DNA of 64,000 bases from Perkinsus olseni (Eukaryota). Within the stretch, counting starts at the first letter, position 1. Each line of letters opens with the position of its first letter. Under the pieces are notes generated by a model that was not told the DNA's origin, made no database searches, and saw only the letters and a list, made by a program, of their open reading frames with translations. The stretch lies in the NCBI GenBank assembly GCA_013115125.1, contig JABANN010000054.1, positions 1-64,000 of the forward strand. The letters are read 5' to 3'. Position numbers and translations under genes: made by a program. Below, one piece after another: positions 35,146 to 45,679 of the stretch.

Positions 35146-37335
35146 TCATTCAACTTCCAGCGTGATTGAGCAGAATCCTCCGCTGTCGTGTAGAGAGAGA
35201 TGCACGGGATGGTCGCGGTAGTCGGAGGTGCCACGGTGGACTATGGTCGCCCTCGGCCTTCGAGCTGCGGCTACACCCCGAGCTGAAACAGCCATGATGT
35301 GAGCCGCTGATCAACGATTGCCTTACCCACAGCACCAGCCAGCTGAGACGGGCTGACCCCCACGTTGTCGCCGTTGGTAATGTGCAGGAGTCCTCGAGAG
35401 GCAAGATGCGGCACGGCCTTCGCTACCACGGTCTCGATACTGTGGAGCTTGGCATCTACGGCGACATACTGTGCCATCACTCCATTGGCAACCCATCACT
35501 TTTGGATTTCCGTTCTGCCTTGTCAGCTATGGAGGGCGGGTCAACTACAATAACGTTGTAGCGGGCGCTGTCGGGCAGCTCTTGCAAGTGTTGTTCAACA
35601 GAGCTGTGTACCTGAGGTAGGGGGAATTGGATAGAGGGAGAGAGAGAGGCTATTGGTTTGCCTACGAATTGGACGACGCCTTTCCGAATTCCATTCTCCT
35701 CACAACTGAGCTGACCTAGTCGAAGGGCTTCTGCGTCTTTGTCAACACAAACTACCTAACAAGGTTCATTCGTCGATCAACATCCCGGACCGGGTCCAGA
35801 AAACGAAGAGTGCAAACTCGAATGGGGACTGAGGGTTTCTGTCTTCTGGCCAATCGCTCTGACGTCGTCTTCGCTGGGAAAAATTTCCCGAGTGCAAAGT
35901 CCTTTCCCCTCTCCGGTTTCAGCTTGCATAGTTTTTATCGTTGAAATTTGACCATCGGGATCACGTCGATGAGGGCTACGTTACCATTGCTGCTTCGGAG
36001 GTGACGGGCGCGTCAGTAGTAGTAGCCTCGAGAACGTGTCCGTCTACCTTCGATTTAGAGTGATGGAGTGATTGCAGCAGTTGTATGGCATATGAGCCAC
36101 TGTAGCTGTACAGGTCCAAGATTGATAATGAGCTGCCCGATGGTGCCATGGTAGATGCCAGCCTTTGCAGGGTCGACCTGTCCGAGCGACGATTGAGAAG
36201 GTATCCTGAAGTGGAGGAGGCCAGGTCCGACAAGTTGCTGAAGTTTATCCTAGGTCAAAGCAGAGGACAACACGATGCGTTCCTGATGATTCGATTGTGG
36301 ACGCCCAAGTCGCCAGACCGAGGCTTTCCTGACCGCTGCGACTTGGTGCGATGAGAGCTTACCAGGATTGTCTTTTATGTCAACGGCCATCAACACGCCA
36401 TTCTCGTTGATGATGACTATCGTATTGTCACTAGCCTCTCCAGATGGCGAGTCATGTGGCCCATCGAAAGTGACGTCAGACAGCCCTGCTGGCCGTACCA
36501 ACTATAAGGGAGGGAATGGCGGCCTTCACGTGCCCACCGTTACCTCGCTATAAGCCTGCTGCTTCCCACCGCCAGCTTCCGAATATACGAACAGGGCTGT
36601 ACTAGGCTCAGCACAGTGGACCTTTTCAACAGCCTTGATGAAGCTGAGGAGGGAGCCTTCAAGGCCCACGTTGGACAGCCGCATTACTATCACCGGACAG
36701 GGAGAGCCAACGAACCTACAGGAGGACAGTTTCGGTGAACTCAGGCGGCGGTCACCACACTTGTCGATGTAAAGTCCCGGGATGCCGTCGGACTCGCCGT
36801 GGAAAAGCCGGCAGCTGATACTGTTCCCCGCCGAATCGTTTGCGAAAAACATCTCTCGGCGTTGAAGCGCCCTCTCGAGGAGGTGAATCGTGAAGCGCTG
36901 GTCGAAGACGCAATACCTGCGAGGTTGACGGTGGCCTCCTTAAACGACTGGCTCATCACTCACGGGTCTAGGTCGATTATTCTGCCGTAGACCACAGTCT
37001 TCTTAGGGTCCACCAGAGCCACCGCTGTGGGCGAATCCGGGAGGGAGGGTTGATCAGCTCCATTCACAACGACATTGCACAACACAGGAGGCAAGCCGTC
37101 GAGTTCCTGCGGGTTTTCGACCTCCGACTTGTAACTGACCACGCACAGATGGACGGAGAGTCTTCCCAGGGATGGCCTACATCCACCCAGCTCGAGGGCT
37201 CTGACCAAGCCTTTGGGCTGCCGCTGTGCTGATCTTCAACCGTGGCCTAGTCGACACGGAGTCTCGCGAAGTCGATGCTACACCTGCTCGCAGCGGAGAT
37301 AGCCGTATGGCGAGGGAGGCCCCACAGCGGAACAT
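35146..37335 (-). CDS. RlmI/RlmK-like SAM-dependent rRNA methyltransferase with presequence-like N-terminus
   Basis: RLFHGESDGIPGLYIDK, INENGVLMAVDI, ILDLYSYSGSYAI, VCVDKDAEAL, YNVIVVDPPS, RDHPV; N-terminus MFRCGASLAIRLSPLRA. Confidence 0.8.
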
Positions 37336-37419
37336 TACAACCGCCTGCTGGATGAACTTGGAACGAACCACCCGAATTCTGTGACTTCAAACTAAAATGA
37401 TATCGAGTAAGAAACATCG

Positions 37420-37940
37420 TTATCGCTCCCTAAAGATAGTAACCAGCGTGATCTCCGGAGACGAGAAGGGAGCATCGACATTATCCTCGGGTGCTCGGCG
37501 TAGCACTTCCGTGCCAGCCTCCGGATCGAACTCGAGGATGAAATCCTGTGGTTTCGCCGCGGCATCACTCTCTCTGGTCTCCACTGTATACCGGAACCCA
37601 TGACCAGATGGAAGCCGCCGTAGCGCGTACCTATCATTGGTGACAATTATTTTCAAGCCGTGAAAGAATTTAAAGACTACTTCGCAACCCGCTCGGCTAT
37701 TCGTCTGCATGTGCGACCCATCCCCTGGATGAGAACCTAATGGCAACAGAATCGTGGCAGCGAGGGTGTCGATGCTACTACCTTCGACTTTTGCTTCTCC
37801 ACGATTGCCTCTAGTACTTTGTCAACATACATCTGAATCGGTCTATCTCTGCTCACCACAACATCGATAGAGGTTCCCTCAAGTGAGGCCCTCGGGGTGT
37901 ACCGAAGCCTAACCGAGGAGCTGCTAGAATCTACCATCAT
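37420..37940 (-). CDS. Alba-fold protein resembling the Rpp20/Pop7 RNase P/MRP subunit
   Basis: DVVVSRDRPIQMYVDKVLEAI-VLIQGMGRTCRRIAERVAK-YTVET follows the Rpp20/Pop7 pattern. Confidence 0.5.
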
Positions 37941-38055
37941 ACACCCATAAACTGGAAACGTGAGCATGCATGCAGCGTCCGTATCAACGCAAGGCCATCG
38001 AAGGCTAGAAACAGAAGCTCTCGCTGTGTATGCGTTATTAGACCACCCAACGGCA

Positions 38056-39366
38056 TCAAACCACCGCGATGGTGTCCGACTCCGATCGACGTCGATTCTC
38101 GGAAGTTCGTTTCCTGATAGAGAAGCACGACGCCTGAGGTTCTCGCCAGTGCTCCTAGCGGCGACTTACGGGACGGTGGCGTCTGAGCTGGGATATCCCA
38201 CAGGCATCAGGAGATACACCTTCTCATTGGCTGGCCTGTTGAGGATGTTCCTGATGGCCGACTCCGCCCCCATCGGTGTTGAAGTTAGAGTGACCTGCGA
38301 TGCGGAGGGGTATGAAGAGCGAAAGGATAGGTATTAGTACCAGGCCGGCGTTGTGTAAGGCACATATGAGCATGCCAGCTGCGATACCGCAGGACTGCTC
38401 CACGTAGTAATGCTCTTGACGATCACCTGGCATGGAGGTATCGCCGTCAAACACGTAGACCCGGATGACACTAACCTGTGGAGGCATCGACTCTATAGTT
38501 CTGCTTCATCATAACAACAAGATAAGGCGCTTCCGACAAGTACGGCTTAGCCACCTACAAACAGTTGTGAAGTGAGCATCGACCAATTGCAGCAGCAGAA
38601 GTACTACCCGGCCATCACGGTGTAGGTCCCCAACCATCGGGGTCGCGTCCTTCACCCAGCTACGCCTCATACGGCGATCGTAGTTCAGCTGCTCTTCACG
38701 TTCGACTACGTCACCTGAGCGCACCTCTCGCCCCGTGTCTCATCACTCCCGACGTCCTACGTATCCTCTCCTTAGCTTGTTGATTTTGAACTATAACGAA
38801 AGTCCAGGGCTGGAGGTGTGCCCCGCTAGGGGCAGTGCAGGCAGTCCTTACCGCGGTCATAATCACACTCAGGGGCACATCCTCCTTAGAGTAGAATCTG
38901 ATGGATCTGCGCCAAGACTTCAACAATATCGAAGCAGTCAACGAACTGCTGCTATGATGACCTTCTCGTATTCATAAGCTTGAGGAACTTCTCAGCATGG
39001 TCTATCATCTCGCCTTGCTCTTGACGGTCGTGCCTGAGGGACGTAGTGATAGCGATGGTATAACCAGCTGGACCGCACCTGAAAATTTCGTGACCCTGTA
39101 GGACCTCTTCCTCAGCAAGATGGTTGTCAGGGTTAGCTACGAGCGACCCTGAACGAGTACGGCTGGATTTCTTCTTGATGTCTGAGAAGACAAATATTTC
39201 GCAGGGCCCAGTCTTCCCTCCCAAGGACCCCCTCAGTAGTACATTGATAAGTGGCAAAGAGGCCTACAGCACCAGCAGCACCAGTGGCTAGGCATACCCC
39301 AATCTTAGTGATATCACTTAGGTTGTTGATGGCAGAGGAAGAGCGCAGGTCGTGGAGGGTCTGCAT
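38056..39366 (-). CDS. IYD: iodotyrosine deiodinase (nitroreductase superfamily)
   Basis: FLKLMNTRRSIRFYS, TAPSGAHLQPWTFV, EREEQLNYDRRM, KPYLSEAPYLVV, HYYVEQSCGIAAG, ALHNAGLVTLTSTPM, LNRPANEKVYLLMPVGYP...VP. Confidence 0.92.
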
Positions 39367-39475
39367 TGTGAAATTAAAAACTGCCGGGGAACCATCCTAC
39401 GCGGATGGATCAATCAAAATCCCGAGGGTTGACTCAACCTCCGTGGAAGCAACATTAAGAGTCATGCGCAGGCGT

Positions 39476-40042
39476 TCAGCACGTCTCCGCTTTCTTCCCT
39501 GACGTCAGCTCGGCCATCACAGCATTGATTCTTCGGTCGTATCGCTGCATTACCGCCTTCAATGCATCCGTCTCCAATCTCAACGTCCGATGATACTCCT
39601 CCCACCGGGACTCGTGCTGAGTATGACTGAGTCTAGGGTCACTCCCCCGGCTGTGAGTGCAGTACATGATCATCATGCTTGACGCGAAGATCCGCGAAGT
39701 CCTTCTCCACGCCCTTCATCTAACACGATAAGGATTATCCTCTGCAGTCGGGTGGGCATCGCACAACATCCTGTTCCACCCTCTCCACAGCTGTAGTGCA
39801 CTCCTCCTCAACTGTCTTTGACATTTCTAAGAGCTCCTCCACCTGGCCCATTGCGGCTGCCACAGTGTTCTGAGACGCCACAACGTGTTCACTATTGCCT
39901 ACTCGAAATGTACCTCAGCACTTCTTATTTCATCATTAGCAATTCCCAGGAGCGCCTCCAAGTCCACAAGCCGAGTGCGAAGGCTCCGAGCCTCCCCCTC
40001 TCCGAGCTGCGTGACGCTATCCATCCCAGGATCACCCTCCAT
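39476..40042 (-). CDS. small coiled-coil hypothetical protein, multi-exon
   Basis: Spliced LRTRLVDLEALLGIANDEIR, VEKDFADLRVKH, LRLETDALKAVMQRY. Confidence 0.5.
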
Positions 40043-40103
40043 GACATTCTATTAGACTCCAACACGACATAACCATAACGAACTCAGAAACATGAATTAA
40101 TAA

Positions 40104-40777
40104 TCAAGGCTTGGTCCGAGTTCCTAGCCGATCCGGCCGCCATTCAGCGTTCTCCTTCCACAATCCACTTGAGGGTTCCCCTTCCTCGGAGACGTATACT
40201 TCCTTCTTCCACACTGGCACCTCGGCTTTCAATAAATCTATTGCCTCAGAGACGAAGTCCTACGGGGAAGGAGACCTCTGCCCCTCATCTCTGGTCATTT
40301 GAAGCACTTACTATAGCCGCCCTCCGGTGTACACTAGCAGCTGTTATGATGATACTCGCCTCTCCCACATTGACCCGACCCAGCCGATGGGACGCGTAAA
40401 CCGCCAGCACCGGGTGACGCGCAGGTGCCGCTAAAGTGGTGACTATCTGAGACGTGCCGAGGTCATTATTAGTAGAAAGAGCGCCTCAATCACTTCTAGC
40501 ATTTTCTTCTCTGCCATGCTTTCATGAGCTTCATACACTAGGTATTCCTGAGTAGAACAATCGAGGATCGACTGCCACCCGGGATAATTCTCCCTCCGCC
40601 AAACAAGGCTACTACCACTCGCTCTCCCTTCCAGCTGCCTTCATCTCTCCGAGTGACCCCGACAAAACTGCTGACTCCGCCAGCCCGGCCGCCACTAGCT
40701 GTGGTCACGAACTCTACAGCTGCACTAGCGTCCAAGGGAGAGTGTGTGAGGGAAATGTGTATCGACGAGGCATCCAT
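40104..40777 (-). CDS. MOCS2: molybdopterin synthase catalytic subunit (MOCS2B/MoaE)
   Basis: GGVSSFVGVTR, YEAHESMAEK, HRLGRVNVGEASI...SVHRRAA, IDLLKAEVPVWKKE, WKEN. Confidence 0.93.
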
Positions 40778-40840
40778 GTTGAGGGTGTAACAGTAGAACT
40801 ATTAACTGACAATGACATACCCTCCCCCCGTTTAAAGTAA

Positions 40841-40917
40841 TTCTGAGACTCAGGATCGCTTCTGGGATTGATTTTTACGCGTTAAATGTGGTTCCAGAAT
40901 CGATTCTGAGTTCGGAA
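40841..40917. repeat. copy 2 (intergenic) of the ~75-bp palindromic dispersed element
   Basis: ctcaggatcgcttctgg pairs with ccagaatcgattctgag around a central ttttacgcgttaaa palindrome. Confidence 0.75.
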
Positions 40918-43015
40918 TGGGTTTATTGAACGAACCACAAATGTCGCCTTCTGAGCAAGATGAGAACAACGAGTAAGAATATATTTAACACTACGAGCAG
41001 TAACCTTGAGGTCGCATTGCTGCATAATTAGTGATCATAACCTGTGATCCAAAGCATAGGGACCGATAAGTATCTGTTGCTTGCCCTGTGTTTAGTCACC
41101 TCACTGTCATCTCGGTAATGGTTCTCTTAGACAGGACGTTTGGTCCGGTCTACTCGTTGGGCTAGTTCTACCTCAGTGCGATTCATATATTACTCGTTTC
41201 ACTCACACTACTCCGATGATCATTCAAATTGATCATATCCTATCATCCGATCAACTTCCTCGGTAGCGTCCTGGAACATGAGCCTCTCTCGAGTTGACAC
41301 CTCCCACCGCTTTCTGCACTGGCGATGCTACGTTGCGTTCCCGATGCATCGCTCTGCGGAGCATCCCGCTACACGGCCCAGGCCATAAAGCAGTCGGCAG
41401 CCCGGGCAACCTAGGGAGATGCAGTTGTGCACCGGTTGTACAACTCGCTGTCCCATAACTGTCCACTACATGAGGATAGGACTCACTCTCAGAGCCTCCC
41501 AACCCGACCAGACCAGCCGAAACATGAGATAATAGCCCTATAACTTAGGAGCTGCTCCTCAAGGAAGGAACGGTACCTCAACATACCTTCGAGGTATACC
41601 TTGAGGAGGCACTCCTACGACATAGAGCCAATATCGGTAGATCCGATCCAAGTGCTCGCGGAAACTTCTGACAAACGAGATTCGCCGCAACATTTTTTAC
41701 GGCTTACAGGCTGTAAGTCACAGCTCGCAGGACGAGCCTCCCACGGAGAGCGTATGGCAGCCCGTTGAGGCGGGAACGAGATGCCTTCATGGTGAGTCTC
41801 CACAGTTTCCACCATCTTCAACGACTGCTTCGACGATCGGCGTTTGTTGTTAACATTCCGGAGAATTTGCGCATACAGAGCACACGATGTGAGCGCACGC
41901 ACGCCTGCGTGCTAGTGTACGCAGGCACAAGCCCCTAGAATTCTGCTATGCTATGCTGGGTGAATGGTATGAGACTGGGGGCGGTACGTGGATTCTGATT
42001 CGGAGGATGATTGTGAGTAGACCCTTTTCCAAGTGTCGCTAGCAGTTGCGTGTTGAACTACAACACGTGGGCAAGCCATCACAAGCAAGGAGGCTTTGGG
42101 GGCAAGCCTCTTTCGGTAAACGGGCTCCGAGCGCGTATCTGACTAGAGTTCTTTTTGGCAAGAAGGTTCTTGCTGAGTCGTGTGAGAAACTGCTCACGCC
42201 GCGCGAGTCACGCGTCTCTTTGTTGGTGCCAAAAACGTGAAGTACATGGTCGTACTCAGGACCATCCGATCGAACAGTGGAGTGTAATCATGAATGTGAC
42301 TGATGCCCCAATATGCTCTGAGTTGCAGCTACACTCGGGGCCCGAATTTTAGTCACTAAAATGCACAACTGAGATTTAGTGAGGGAAGCGACTTGTGATG
42401 AGCGACACTAGGGTGTGCCCTCACGTTCTAGCCTGACTAGCTTCCTACACTATTGCCAAAAGACTCTCATTAGTATGGCGGTAGTGCTGGGCGTCCTAAA
42501 TCTGCAAAGCTAGACGATCTGGTCTGAATTGGCCGATCATCACTGTGACTAAAAGTGATCAAAAGTGATTTTATGTTTGAGTCGCGGAGAAGGAAACACG
42601 ACTGTTAATTGCATTAAATTATACTGTACGGACTGAAATGGACGACTTTCACCTTTTGCGAAGTGGCCACAGAACGAAGCTTCCGAATCAATTGCGATAC
42701 ACCCGACGTAGGGACATGAAAGCAGTACCTCACGAGGGCGGCGGTAGAGTACATAATCTTCAAGAGATGTCAGTGAAACCCTTCTTATCTCCCAGCATGG
42801 ATGCCGAAGGGTTCCCGAGCTGGCAGTGGTCCGGTGCGTGCGAGTGTAGCTCTTTCCAGAGATTCTCAGGCTGTTACGGCCCGGAAGAGACTGTTGAGCA
42901 GCACAAACCAAGATTAAGAATATCAACATCATCATGATGAGCATCATCTACGTCTTCAGTGAGGACTCATCACCGTCATCAGCTGCTACTGAGTCATCAC
43001 GTGAGTGTATCTTGA

Positions 43016-43958
43016 CTAGACCCTAGGCTCCACGTGGTAGGTCTTCCCGTATTTAGTAGGATACCCGCCAGCTCGGCTGCCGTCCGTGGCGGCTGCCTGT
43101 GGTGTGGCTGACCTATCCCACGACTCTCGCTGCCACCACTCCACACGAGCTGCCTTCTGCGGCACCTCCATCGCTGGCACCGGATCGGCTCGCCTCTTGC
43201 CTCTTGCCGATCGTTGATGGTTGTGGATCGACTCTTACCCCCTGGGCCACAGGAGGAGTATCGGGCTCCTTCCCAGCAGCACTACTGGGTGGAACCGGGC
43301 CTTCCCTGTCAGGTCTATTGGGCAGTTTGCTGATCGTGCTACTTGCACTCTCAATCTGTGTAGGCTCCATAGTAACGAAGAGGAAGTCGGACCTAGTATA
43401 AATTTTCGATCGCGCGTTCCTTTTGGAGAAGCCGAGAATGATCGAACCACCCTTTTCTGGACATATGACGGTGTTGCCCACTTTGCACTCGGATAAGTCG
43501 GACGCGAAAACCCGCGATACTTTAATCATCCTCTCGAAAACAGAATCCGCCGCGGCATGCGATGTCTCGGCAGTGGATACACGCATTCTTCTAACCGACC
43601 CTGCAGTGGACTGTCTGAGTCCCCAACATACGCCTCGGAGGTGATCTTCGAGCTTCCTCGGCAACTGTTGACTGTTTCTGCTTGAAGCGGTCGGATTCAT
43701 GGGCCCCACGTGGTACTTGCTGCCATTCGTGTGGACAAAATCCAAGTCGACAATGGGAGCTGGTTTTCCATTCTGCGGGAGATCGATCACCATCGTGAGG
43801 TCTTTTAAATTATGTATCTTATCCTTATCGCTTTTCTTGATGCGGTAGGAGCCCATCTTCTCGTAGAAGGGGTTTTGACTGTGGAAGTGCAGAGTACCCC
43901 ATCCTGGAGTGAGGAGGACGAGGGCTGTGATGGAGTTGAGGACGTTGATGAGTATCAT
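43016..43958 (-). CDS. intronless secreted lineage-specific protein; C-terminus frameshifted by a 7-bp duplication (ORF stops at 43113, homologous frame ends at 43016)
   Basis: Signal-like MILINVLNSITALVLL; GSYRIKKSDKDKIHNLKDLTMVIDLP, CWGL and YTRSDFLFVTMEP match the 28-kb paralog; TKYGKTY lies in a shifted frame. Confidence 0.75.
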
Positions 43959-45679
43959 TAACAGCAAGTGGTGGTTGTTTAGGGTATCACACAGCTTCAA
44001 CTGAAACCAATGATCATGAAGCTATGAGGATCATCGACCATGGAAGGGAGACACCGTCCGTACGGAACAGAGACGGCAACTCATATATAGAGGAGACGTC
44101 AACGAATGCCACACCTCGCCGCCCTTGATGGACTGACTAAGGCGAGCGAGATAAACTCCCGCTCGAAGACTCGCCGATAAACGATAAACTCGCCTGCGTA
44201 TACTCCGAGATGCCGCTGCTATGCCGGTAACGGCATTTATGGCGATCTGGGGCCTATTTCACGAGAAATGCTTCTCACGGAACACCTCGCGGATAGATGC
44301 AAGGAGCAAGGTGCGGTCTTACGAGTCGTAGGTCTCGTTACGACGTAAGACTTCTTTCACAAGGAATCGCCCCTCGCACCTTATGGACCTATCCGTAAGG
44401 TGCACCTTATGAAGGGCACCAATGTGAGAAAGAATAACGCCAAGCAGAGAAAGTTTAGCGCTGATGAGATAAAAATTGCGCCCGTCCGGAGTACCTGCCC
44501 TTCCGACCGACGCAGCTGATGAGTTTACCCCGACATCAAATTCCACACAACAGAGGTTGTGGAACCATTTCGGCGAGTATGGTGAGTCTTCTATTCCGGA
44601 AGGCTCGACTCGAACATCGCGGTAGCTGAACGGTCCACTCTCTCTCTGCAACGCGAAGCAGCAAAGCTGGACTCCCTGGTTACGCCGCCAGAGTCGCTGT
44701 GGTTGTTGCGTATTTAGTGCTGATTAACCGTCCTATCTACGAGGTGGGAACGTTGTGTGCTCATTTAACAGCTCCTCGCTGCGGGAATGGGACTCACGCA
44801 AAGCGGGCCCTCTTCGAAGGAGACCCTAGAAGGTCGCACACTTGGCATTGAAGGTCGGGGGAACTCCGATTTTCGCTAAGTGCTCTCAGCGGGAGGGTCT
44901 TCTATCATGGACTTAAAGACGTAGACCGACTTTCGCTGCATCAGCCATCTTTTCCTCTCGCTTTGTACTCGAGCAACATCTGTTCAGTAGCGATCGAAAC
45001 CCGTTGCTGGTTAGCGTCCACAGCTAGTCGACTCTTTCTAGATCCGCATGACGATGGCACGAATGATTCGATGCTAACTACGCGAACAGAGGAGAAACAT
45101 CACCATTATGCATCACTAGCCAGACTCTGTAGGACTCATACGATAGGCCTCATCCTGAGCTTCGACCGGCGTTCACGAACTACATGACTTGCTCCATTTG
45201 TGTTGCGAGCCTCGTAGGATTCCCGATCAATTAGCGTAGAGCATGATGCTCCCTTCCGAGCCTGCAATATAAATTTGCGCTCAAGTCGGCAGTGTTCGTC
45301 ATCGATCCAGCTGAACATTCCTCCTGTAAGGGACGCCCACGGAGATCGAGCATCTCGTCAACCGTGTCTCCGGAGGGGCATTACTGAGCGACGTGGATGC
45401 GCCAGGTGAGCGCATCTTCGTAGGGTATAGATGTTGTGAGGTTCACCGGTCGCTTTGGCTGGCCTCGCGATGCTATCTTCGGTTCCCAGTATAGGGCGAA
45501 CATCCTCGAGCAGTTCGAGGAACTGATGTAGTTCCTGGGGTCACTTCGGGTCGATTCGACCCGAAGACCTCCACAGTCTCCGACGAGTAAGCTTGTGGCA
45601 GGTCCTGCGACTTGGCAGACCAATCTGCGAGACCGATCAGCCTTCCGGGAAATCATAAAATTAGGGCCACGCATTAGCA

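Noticed and set aside
40780-41100. Possible overlapping MOCS2A (MoaD) ORF as in the animal bicistronic MOCS2
   Set aside because: No ubiquitin-like ORF ending in Gly-Gly was seen upstream of MOCS2B
44150-44195. Three GATAAAC copies upstream of the 43-kb secreted gene
   Set aside because: Not seen upstream of its paralog; too short to support a regulatory call
45136-45660. Possible small minus-strand gene and a 23-nt palindrome at 45544-45566
   Set aside because: Short ORFs without motifs; a single short palindrome can arise by chance
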